A DNA stretch of 64,000 nucleotides, from assembly GCA_963668025.2 (NCBI GenBank), contig CAXXTH010000017.1, forward strand, positions 1,184,001 to 1,248,000, written 5' to 3'. Made by a program: the position numbers and the translations under genes. This DNA comes from Candidatus Hydrogenedentota bacterium. Its GTDB lineage: Bacteria > Hydrogenedentota > Hydrogenedentia > Hydrogenedentales > SLHB01. Under the pieces are notes generated by a model. That model ran no database searches. It was given only the letters and a program-made list of their open reading frames with translations, and was not told the DNA's origin. Shown piece after piece: positions 19,651 through 27,544 of this stretch. Position 1 is the first letter of the stretch; each line of letters begins with the position of its first letter.

Positions 19651-19709
19651 GGTTGAATTTTAACCGTTTAGTGGTTAAATTTCAACCACTAAATGGTTAA
19701 ATTTCAGCT
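19651..19709 (-). promoter_or_regulatory. Leaderless sigma70 promoter overlapped by three palindromic boxes at 22-bp spacing
   Basis: Minus strand TTGAAA(19685-19680)-17-TAAAAT(19662-19657)-6-ATG. Boxes ggttgaattttaacc, ggttaaatttcaacc and ggttaaatttcagct at 19651, 19673 and 19695. Confidence 0.8.
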
Positions 19710-19841
19710 TTTTAAGATGGGCCTGCTTCAAAGAGAAGGAACAGCGGTGAAGAACCGCTTTTTTTTCGCGTAGAAGCAGTTGAATGAGTTGAGGATGCGC
19801 CGGTGCGGGGAGTTTTTTCTTCGCATCGGCGCTTTTTTTTG

Positions 19842-19877
19842 TTGACTTCTGGTACGGAAGTATATATACTTCCGTAC
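19842..19877 (+). promoter_or_regulatory. IS promoter with a perfect 26-bp palindrome over the -10 box
   Basis: TTGACT(19842)-17-TATACT(19865), ATG at 19878; palindrome gtacggaagtata|tatacttccgtac at 19852-19877. Confidence 0.8.
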
Positions 19878-20225
19878 ATGGAAGGGAAACCTGTCACGAA
19901 CTCGGCGGGACGCAAGGTCCAGGCGCGCCTGGCGCGTCTGGGGCCCTTTCTTCCCGCCACGCTCACCATCACCCGCAGCCGCTGCGGGAACCCGCGCTGC
20001 CGGTGCGTCCAGGAAGGGCCGATCCATGAAACGGCCCTGCTGACGTGGAAGGAGGGCGGGAAGACCCGCACCCTCCACGTGCCCCGTGAATTGCGCCGCG
20101 AAGTGGCGCAATGGATTGAGGAATGGAAAAAGCTCAAGAAGCTCGTCGAGGCCATGGGCGCGGCCCAACGGCAGTTCCTGCAAACCCGCAAGAAGAGCAT
20201 CCGGAAATCATCCGGGCCTTCTTGA
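19878..20225 (+). CDS. DUF6788-like IS accessory protein
   Basis: CGNPRCRC...H motif, LTWKEGGKTRTLHVP, basic C-terminal helix. Confidence 0.8.
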   Translation: MEGKPVTNSAGRKVQARLARLGPFLPATLTITRSRCGNPRCRCVQEGPIHETALLTWKEGGKTRTLHVPRELRREVAQWIEEWKKLKKLVEAMGAAQRQFLQTRKKSIRKSSGPS

Positions 20226-21559
20226 GGACGTTCACCCACTTCTTTGGCCCGGTGCGCAAGCGCTTTGCGGGCTTGCCCGATCCCCGCAAACCCGAGCAAG
20301 CCGGCGACGTGGACTACAGTGTCGCGTCGCTGGTGTTCTTGGGAGTGCTGATGTTCGCATGCCGGCTCGGGGCGCGCCGGCAAGTCCGCCTGCAGTTGTA
20401 CACGACGTTCATGGTCCATCTGTACAAGGTCTTGTTTGACGTGGACAGCGTGCCGCATGGCGATACGATGAACGGGGTATTTCGCGGTTTGCCGTTCGAG
20501 GCGGTCCAGGAACTCGTTTCCGGCATGACGCAGACGCTCATCGACAAGAAGGTGTTGTACCCCCACCGCCTGTTCGGGCGCTACTACGTGGCGGCCATCG
20601 ACGCCACGGGGACACGCAGTTATGATCATCGCCACTGCGCCCATTGCCTCACGCGCAAGCACAAGAGCGGCAAGATCACCTACTACCATCCCGTGCTGGA
20701 GTCCAAGATCGTCACGCCAAACGGGTGGGTCTTTTCGCTCATGACGGAGTTCATTGAGAATCCAGAGAAAGACCTGGCGAAAAGCGAGCAACAACGCAAG
20801 CAGGATTGCGAGACCAAAGCCTTCTACCGGCTGGCCCCACGCCTGCATGCCCGATTCCCCCGCTTGCCGCTGCTGTTGGCGATGGACGGCCTGTACGCCA
20901 CGGGACCGGTGTTTCGGCTGTGCCAGCAATATGGCTGGAAGTTCATGATTACGCTCACGGACGGCCAATTGGCCACCGTGAACGAAGAATTCGAGAGCCT
21001 CGCGGCCGCGACGCCCGAAAACCAGCTTACGTGGCGTTGCGGCAACAAGAAGGAAATCCACCAGCAGTTTCGCTGGGTCAACGACATCCCCTACCGCGAT
21101 TCCGAGCGGCGTGAACACATCCTGTCCGTGCTCGAATGCGTGGACACCCGCCCGGACGCGGAAGGCATGATAAAGAAAACCAAGTTCAAATGGGTGACCA
21201 ACGTATCCGTATCCGCGCACAATGCGGCCGCCTTGGCCAATGAAGGAGGACGCTTACGCTGGAAGATTGAAAATGAAGCATTCAACGTGCAGAAAAACGG
21301 CGGCTACAACCTCGAACACGCCTATACCCAAAACGAACAGGCCAGTAAGATCTACTACCTCTTGATGCAGATAGCCCATCTGCTCATGCAACTCCTGGAG
21401 GATGGCAGCCTTCTGGCCGCCCACTTTCCAAAAGGCTTTGGCTCCGCCAGAAACCTTGCCCATCGCCTCCTCGAAGCCCTGCGCAACGCCACCCTGTCCC
21501 GCGAACAATATGACGCCCTCTGCACCGAGGCCATCCAGATCCGCTTCAGTTCCGCGTAG
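20123..21559 (+). CDS. DDE transposase (ISAs1/IS4-like); start uncertain
   Basis: LPDPR, AIDATG, MDGLY, RWKIENEAFN.QK. Confidence 0.9.
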   Translation: MEKAQEARRGHGRGPTAVPANPQEEHPEIIRAFLRTFTHFFGPVRKRFAGLPDPRKPEQAGDVDYSVASLVFLGVLMFACRLGARRQVRLQLYTTFMVHLYKVLFDVDSVPHGDTMNGVFRGLPFEAVQELVSGMTQTLIDKKVLYPHRLFGRYYVAAIDATGTRSYDHRHCAHCLTRKHKSGKITYYHPVLESKIVTPNGWVFSLMTEFIENPEKDLAKSEQQRKQDCETKAFYRLAPRLHARFPRLPLLLAMDGLYATGPVFRLCQQYGWKFMITLTDGQLATVNEEFESLAAATPENQLTWRCGNKKEIHQQFRWVNDIPYRDSERREHILSVLECVDTRPDAEGMIKKTKFKWVTNVSVSAHNAAALANEGGRLRWKIENEAFNVQKNGGYNLEHAYTQNEQASKIYYLLMQIAHLLMQLLEDGSLLAAHFPKGFGSARNLAHRLLEALRNATLSREQYDALCTEAIQIRFSSA

Positions 21560-21911
21560 AGAGCCCGCGAGTTCCCGGTTGCGCCGCCGCCCTGCACGTC
21601 ACGCCCCCCGTTCACCGGCTTTACGCACAGCCGCTGCCCCTCCTGTCGCCTGTCGGCCTCGCCACCCCCCGTCTAACCCGCATCACCTCAACGCCTGACC
21701 CTGGGGCGCCGCTATTCTTCACCGCTGGAGAAGGAATGGGAAGGTGGAAAATTCAGGTGAAGATATGCAAGAATATACATGAGGCTACGCCTGATCTTTA
21801 AAATCGACAAATTATACTATATCCAAGATGGAAGAAAATGGTAAAACGTTATAATATAAGTGGATAAGCTTTCTATGCTAATCGAAACGACATATATTAT
21901 CAGACACAAAA

Positions 21912-21966
21912 GTATGAATATCATCCACCAAGTGGATGATATTCAACCACTTGGTGGTTAATTTTC
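21912..21966 (-). promoter_or_regulatory. Second, diverged copy of the three-box palindrome array
   Basis: Colinear with 19651-19705 over 55 bp; contains a perfect 14-bp stem tgaatatcatccac/gtggatgatattca (21915-21945). Confidence 0.65.
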
Positions 21967-22212
21967 GTCTATTTCTGGCGGGCGGGCCTCCATGGGATGA
22001 TAAAATTCCGCCTCATGATCCGATAATATGCCGGACTTTATCCTCTGGCGTATTTCATCCATATAAGCGCCCTCCTGCTGTGGGCTTCCTTCAACACTTT
22101 GGATGCTGGGGGGCGCTTCTTCGCTTAAAAAAGCATGGGACAAGGAGAGGCCCACAAAGGCGGCAACGGACAAGGCCAATCCGATGAAGTATGCGGTATC
22201 ACGTATTCTCAT
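21958..22212 (-). CDS. Small membrane-anchored hypothetical protein, last gene of the amr operon
   Basis: MRIRDTAYFIG start overlaps the upstream stop; N-terminal TM; conserved-looking LSDHEAEFYHP tail. Confidence 0.65.
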   Translation of the reverse strand: MRIRDTAYFIGLALSVAAFVGLSLSHAFLSEEAPPSIQSVEGSPQQEGAYMDEIRQRIKSGILSDHEAEFYHPMEARPPEIDEN

Positions 22213-25200
22213 GGCGGCACCTATCGCAGCACAGGCAATCCAAGTCTGTGCCCTTCTCCACGCCGAGGTCGCAGGCGGGCGGCCGCACGGCGGGCCTCCA
22301 TACCCGCAGCATGCGTATGCCATTCAGAAACGCCAGAAAAGCCCCCGCTGGACAGAGATTGCGGCACCAAAAGCGCCGGTAAAAAAACGACAGCGCCACG
22401 GCTCCGCCCGCGAGCAGCCCTATTCCGTGCTCCCAGACGCCAGCGAATACGGTCAACAACGGGTCAGCGGCAAGCGCTGCGTAGTCTCGGGTAAAGGCGA
22501 ACAAGGCAATGACAAAGAGCAGCACCAGATACTTGACCGCGCGGCCGTAACGCCAGAGGCGTTTGGGCGGATCTGTTTGCAGGACGGCGGGACGCAACTC
22601 TCCCACTAATTCCTGCAAGGCCCCAAAGGGGCAGGCATAGCCGCAATAGACATTCCCGAAAAGCAGCACAAGCGCGGGCACGCCGATGGCCAGGAGGCAA
22701 GGGCCATCTAGATGGAATCCAGGCCATTCCAGCGCAAGCAACTGGAGCACTTGCTGCGTCGAATACTGCATATTCAGCCAGAGCCCGCCGAGTAGCAGGC
22801 TCGATAGGAGCACCACACGGCGCAGCCAAGGCCGGGGTTTGATGCGCGCCACAATACTGGCCAGCAGGAGCAGCGCCAGCAAGATAAAATCTTTGCCCGG
22901 CCGCCAGGTTCCCTTGTCCTCTTTTGTTTCGAGCGTGCGCCCCAATGCTGCCGCGAACAGGCGGCCTGCGCTTTCGATGCTATCCCGGATGGCGTTCGAT
23001 GAAAGGGTGGCGCCGCTTGCGGCGTCCACGCCAATGAAGGGATCCGGCGCAAAGATGTTGCGGCCCAGCAACTGTGTTTGCCACGATTCCGTCCTTTCGA
23101 GATAGGCGGGGGATTCGCGGGATTTCATGACGCGGCAGGCGTGCAGGACGCCTTCGGTGTCGGTAAAGACGGCGAGCTCGATGGGGCCAGCGTAGCCGGA
23201 AACACCCGGCGCAAGAGGAGCCGTGCTGAATACATAGCCTTCAAGCTGGCCTGCCGGGCCCAGCACGCGGAGATAGGGAAGGGTTTCTCCATTGGGCATG
23301 CGGGCTTGGGCGGTTTCCGGGGTGCGTTCTTTTCCCGCCAGCATAGGCACGATGCCAGGCGGCAGTGCGGGTGTGGTTGCGGCGCGCGCTTGCTCGACAA
23401 AATAGGAAGCCGTTAAGAGCATAACCGCCAATCCGGCTAATACATATTTCGTGGGCCGGGCGAGCCGTTCGAACGCGCCTTCTGCGGATGCGGGCCGGCG
23501 CCGTTCCATGAACCACGCCGCATTCGCGGCTAGGAGAAGCGCGATGGCTCCCGCAGTGGCATTCGCGCCAGCGGCCGGGAGCAGCAACAGGCTGGCGGCA
23601 GCGCCTCCCGCCGCGCCGCCCAAGGCGTCGAGGGCTTCGAGAAGCCCTCCCGCCATGGCGGCGGATTGCCCGGCTGTTTCCAGACGGTGCGCCGCGACGG
23701 GGAAATAAACGCCCGTGAATATCCCCCCCGCCAAAAAGAAAACCACGAAGAGGATATGCGGGGCTTGCATGGGCAGATAAAGGACGGATAAGAGCATCGC
23801 CGCGTGAAGGGGAAGGCAGATGGCTAGGAAAAGGCGGGGGCTAAGCCCGTGCTCCAGCAGGCGGCGCGCCAATAGGCTTCCAATAAAAATGCCACACATG
23901 AAAAGCGCGGAGATGAGTCCAATGTATAAAAATAAGGAGCCATGCTGGATTTGATAGAGAAACATCAGGAGTATGGAAAACGCCATGCCTGCAAAGCCTG
24001 TGGTGAATACCAGCATGCCATTGTCGAATGTTGCTACCCCGGGATTCTTGCCGGTTCGGAATCGATATCCGGCTCGTAGGACGCCATAGATGCATATGGC
24101 GGCCAAAAGGATTTTCATCGAGCATGCCCGCGCCACATCCGCCCATGCGCTGGGATTGGAAACACCCGCTTGGCGCAACACGAGGAGCATGGCGTCAAAC
24201 AAACAGGCGGGCTTCCGGTCCGTGTTTATAAGGGTTTCGCGCGCGCCTCGGGCTTCATAACTCGCAAGGACTGCGCGGTACGCGCCCAGTTGAAAATCTA
24301 TACGATCCCGGCGAAACAATGAAGGAATCCCCTGGACGGGATACAGGGCATTCGCGCCGGGAATGCGGGCGTAGTTGCGCCGCAAGCGGCCCGGCCTGTC
24401 CGCGAAATCTTGTCTGGACGCCATGAGCCATGTCTCGCCGCCAGGCTTGAGCGTGACATATGGAAATACGGATTCGAGCGTGGCCAAGGCCGACGCGCCG
24501 ATCACCTCCAGTTCGCCGCCTAGGTAATTCTCGCCTCCGGGAATGCGTAAAGACACTATTCCATTGGGCGTGAGGCGCGATAGGAGCAATGAAAAGCATT
24601 CCCGCGTGGCGTAGCGGTTGAGGGCGAGGGAAGCGGCATTGGGCAAATTCAACAGGATGAGATCGTAGGCCGGGCCATCTTGCGCCAAAAACGCGCGCAA
24701 ATCGCTGCTCTGTATATCCACGCGTGAAGCCCCGGCTTGAAAACGGGGCGGCAACGCTTGCATTAGCGCTTGCGGGTATTCCGGATCGGGGCATAGCCAC
24801 GTGGCGTGTTCGAGCTGCGGTATATCCAGCAGGCGCATGCATATGGACATCGAGCCTGCGCCAAAAACCAAGGCGTTCCGAATGCCGGGGCGCTGGGCTA
24901 GGTGGGCCGCCGCGATCGCTGAGGCGTGTTCTTCATCCGGCAGGGCCTCGGCCACGCTTCCATTGGCTACGACGACAAATTGCCCGTTTCGCTCGCCGTA
25001 GGCATATGCGGCTTGGGCGGTCGAAAATGTCCCGGCATATGCCGCGCCGGGGAGCATGCGCTCCCAGGCCAGGCGGTTCGACGCGTCCGCCCAGCGGCCT
25101 CCAACTCCCATGGCTAATAGCAGCAACAATAGCGCCGCCGGGAGTCCGTGCGCCCATCGCCTGCGCCACATGGAAGCCAAGCCGCTGGCTGCGGCTACGA

Positions 25201-25735
25201 CAAACATTCCCGCAAGCGCGATGGCCTCCGGGGCAGTGTGGTGCGCCAAAAGCAGCGTCACAACAACACCGGCAACCGCTCCGCCCAGGCTTTCAGCGAT
25301 ATACACCAGCGGAACCGCGCCTTTTTTCCCAGGAAGCCATTCGCATGCCGCAGTGAATAATGCGCCGGTGGCGAGGCTTACCGGAGCGCTGGCCAGCCAG
25401 GCGAGCAGCGCCATGCGGGTGAACGGGAAAACCTCGTAGGCTGCTGCGCCCGCGATTGCGCGGGCATGCATGAATAGATAGTACTGCGCGAGAAATGCGG
25501 GGATGTAGAGCAGCGAGGCCCATTCCAATTCCGCCGCCGCATACCGCCGCAAAGCAGCGATATGCCGCACCGCCATGGCCCCTGCCGACACCCAAAACAG
25601 CCACGCGCCAAAGTAGCAGCCAATGGCCAGCTCGTTTCCCTCGAACACCGGCAGAAATTGCCGGAACAGCAGCGTCTGCGCCAGTAATGCGAATAAGCCC
25701 AGGGCGAATACAAGGCTTAGCCGCGCATAATTCAT
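22199..25735 (-). CDS. Fusion: membrane spermidine-synthase-like region + FMN-binding domain + NosR/NirI-type 4Fe-4S membrane domain
   Basis: AQTLLFRQF..FEGNEL, YIAESLGG, YDLILLNLP; GYAGPI and DAASGATLSS; YCGYACPFGALQE, WCRNLCPAG, CLCCDRC. Confidence 0.85.
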   Translation of the reverse strand: MNYARLSLVFALGLFALLAQTLLFRQFLPVFEGNELAIGCYFGAWLFWVSAGAMAVRHIAALRRYAAAELEWASLLYIPAFLAQYYLFMHARAIAGAAAYEVFPFTRMALLAWLASAPVSLATGALFTAACEWLPGKKGAVPLVYIAESLGGAVAGVVVTLLLAHHTAPEAIALAGMFVVAAASGLASMWRRRWAHGLPAALLLLLLAMGVGGRWADASNRLAWERMLPGAAYAGTFSTAQAAYAYGERNGQFVVVANGSVAEALPDEEHASAIAAAHLAQRPGIRNALVFGAGSMSICMRLLDIPQLEHATWLCPDPEYPQALMQALPPRFQAGASRVDIQSSDLRAFLAQDGPAYDLILLNLPNAASLALNRYATRECFSLLLSRLTPNGIVSLRIPGGENYLGGELEVIGASALATLESVFPYVTLKPGGETWLMASRQDFADRPGRLRRNYARIPGANALYPVQGIPSLFRRDRIDFQLGAYRAVLASYEARGARETLINTDRKPACLFDAMLLVLRQAGVSNPSAWADVARACSMKILLAAICIYGVLRAGYRFRTGKNPGVATFDNGMLVFTTGFAGMAFSILLMFLYQIQHGSLFLYIGLISALFMCGIFIGSLLARRLLEHGLSPRLFLAICLPLHAAMLLSVLYLPMQAPHILFVVFFLAGGIFTGVYFPVAAHRLETAGQSAAMAGGLLEALDALGGAAGGAAASLLLLPAAGANATAGAIALLLAANAAWFMERRRPASAEGAFERLARPTKYVLAGLAVMLLTASYFVEQARAATTPALPPGIVPMLAGKERTPETAQARMPNGETLPYLRVLGPAGQLEGYVFSTAPLAPGVSGYAGPIELAVFTDTEGVLHACRVMKSRESPAYLERTESWQTQLLGRNIFAPDPFIGVDAASGATLSSNAIRDSIESAGRLFAAALGRTLETKEDKGTWRPGKDFILLALLLLASIVARIKPRPWLRRVVLLSSLLLGGLWLNMQYSTQQVLQLLALEWPGFHLDGPCLLAIGVPALVLLFGNVYCGYACPFGALQELVGELRPAVLQTDPPKRLWRYGRAVKYLVLLFVIALFAFTRDYAALAADPLLTVFAGVWEHGIGLLAGGAVALSFFYRRFWCRNLCPAGAFLAFLNGIRMLRVWRPAVRPPACDLGVEKGTDLDCLCCDRCRHENT

Positions 25736-27330
25736 GCGCCATGCTCTCCGAACACGATAGCTTCAAACACGGTGTACGATGCGCCTTCTTTCCAGGCATC
25801 GGAAGACAATCCCGCTTTCATCGAGAGATGGCTAAGGGTTTGCTCCAGCGTCCAGCCTTGCTCGGGGGCCACTTGGGGCAGAAACACGGCGCGGCGTCCA
25901 TCTTTGCTCAAGACCATGCCATGTTTCCCGATGATGATGTCTTGGTAAGACCCCACCGGACGCGGAGGAGTAAGGGCCGAAATCTCGATGTCCACCTTGG
26001 GCAATTCTTCCGTGGTAAGGGGCGAGAATCGCGGGTCGCTGAATGCGGCGTTGATGGCGTTGCCGATCACGGCCTCGAAGAGCGGCCGCCGTGGCTCGAT
26101 CTCGCCGATGCATCCCCGAAGCTGGCCGCGTTCGTGCAGGGTGACAAAGGCCCCCATGACTTGCCGCATGCCGGAGGCCACCGTCACGCCGAGTTCTTCC
26201 GCCGTGGGCTGTCCGTGATGCGTAAAGGCCCAATCAATGGTTTTCCGGGCCAGTTCGAGCAGGCTGCGTTTTTCATCCTCGGTTAATGCTGGCGTGTCAT
26301 GTGGTTCCACGGAATCGCCCCCTTTCTTGCTCCATTTCCCAGTTGCGGCTGCGCTGACATAACTGACCGAAAGAGTGTAATCGTTCGTAAGCTCTCCTGA
26401 CTTGCTATAGTGCAGTAAATGGACGGACGCATCGGCAGGCAGCATCTCCAGCAACACGCCAATGGGATTGCGCCCGCAAATCGTAGCCTCTTTCTCTTCC
26501 ACATACGACTGGAAACCGGCGGGGTCTTTTTTCTCGATAAACGCGAACGCGCCCATGTCCAGCGCTGTAATGTTTTCCGGGATATTCTCCGTGAACGGAG
26601 TATAGCCGTAGTTTGCGCCATAGTGTGTAAAATCGCTGCTGGCGATGACAAGCGTGCGTTCATCGATAAGGCCGGCGAGGGTTTCCGCCATGGCCTGGCT
26701 GGTTTTCGCATTCAGTTCGCCTACGATAACCGGCACGAGCTTGAAAGCGCCCAGCGTACGCTGTAACAACGGCAATTCGATCTGCACGCTATGCTCGCCG
26801 CGGCAAGCCGCTGGTTCGCTGATGAATTCGGGATGCTGTTTGAGCGCCACGATGAATTCCACATCCAGGGGAATTTCACCCAAAGGCGTTTCGTATGCGG
26901 TGGCGTCTGGCACGCCAGCCTGGTTGGTGAGGGCCGCGTGGTGCGATGGCCCCATGACGACGACGCGCGCATACGATTTGCCAGCGATTTGCTTGACGCC
27001 ATACGCCGCTGTTTGGCCCGAATAGGCATATCCGGCATGGGGCAAAATCAGGGCGATCACATCCGGATACGTTTCATCAGGAGTCTTCGCCAGAAAGCCA
27101 TCTATCTGTTCTTTCAGCGCTTCTGGCTCCTTTGGATACCATTTGCCCGCCAGCGTGGACGCCGCCACGCACGGTGCTGGCGCGGCTGGCTTTTCAACGG
27201 CTTCATCCTGGCCTGCCTGCGCCGTTTTCCCATGGGCTCGCAGCAAGGGGATGGCCGCCACGGAGGCCGCCAGCAGTAAAATCAAGAATCCTAGGGTTAA
27301 CGCCGGGGCCAGCCACTGTTTCTTGCTCAT
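25732..27330 (-). CDS. amrB: AmmeMemoRadiSam protein B (MEMO1) - protein A (AMMECR1) fusion with N-terminal signal/TM
   Basis: AGKWYP, PHAGYAYSG, GPSH, EHS, SSDFTHYG, TICG; then GAFVTL...LRGCIG, DPRF, FLPQV. Confidence 0.93.
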   Translation of the reverse strand: MSKKQWLAPALTLGFLILLLAASVAAIPLLRAHGKTAQAGQDEAVEKPAAPAPCVAASTLAGKWYPKEPEALKEQIDGFLAKTPDETYPDVIALILPHAGYAYSGQTAAYGVKQIAGKSYARVVVMGPSHHAALTNQAGVPDATAYETPLGEIPLDVEFIVALKQHPEFISEPAACRGEHSVQIELPLLQRTLGAFKLVPVIVGELNAKTSQAMAETLAGLIDERTLVIASSDFTHYGANYGYTPFTENIPENITALDMGAFAFIEKKDPAGFQSYVEEKEATICGRNPIGVLLEMLPADASVHLLHYSKSGELTNDYTLSVSYVSAAATGKWSKKGGDSVEPHDTPALTEDEKRSLLELARKTIDWAFTHHGQPTAEELGVTVASGMRQVMGAFVTLHERGQLRGCIGEIEPRRPLFEAVIGNAINAAFSDPRFSPLTTEELPKVDIEISALTPPRPVGSYQDIIIGKHGMVLSKDGRRAVFLPQVAPEQGWTLEQTLSHLSMKAGLSSDAWKEGASYTVFEAIVFGEHGA

Positions 27331-27334
27331 CGCA

Positions 27335-27544
27335 TCACCCTTTCCATGGGCCGGGCGTGTTTATCTTTTCACGGTCGAGACGCGCCACGCGCCCGGGATA
27401 TGGTTTTCCACGCACGGCCTCTATCCAGTGCATTCGGGCCGTGTTTGCATATACCGCCAGCGGCGCAGATAGCGCCGCTGCCGCGCATGCGCCAAGCGCC
27501 GTGCGCAGGAAACAGCGCCGGGGCATATCCCATTTTATGTCCAT
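27335..27544 (-). CDS. Small twin-arginine-signal hypothetical protein (69 aa)
   Basis: MDIKWDMPRRCFLRTALGACAAAALSAPLA; fills the gap between amrS and amrB exactly. Confidence 0.6.
   Translation of the reverse strand: MDIKWDMPRRCFLRTALGACAAAALSAPLAVYANTARMHWIEAVRGKPYPGRVARLDREKINTPGPWKG

Larger units (their letters stand above)
19742..21727 (+). mobile_element. IS element (1986 bp; ISAs1/IS4-like DDE transposase plus DUF6788 gene)
   Basis: Perfect 13-bp terminal IR CAGCGGTGAAGAA; 9-bp target duplication GAGAAGGAA at 19733-19741 and 21728-21736. Confidence 0.93.

Noticed and set aside
19712-21220. 502-aa antisense ORF over the IS
   Set aside because: Shadow of the GC-rich transposase, with no recognisable motifs.
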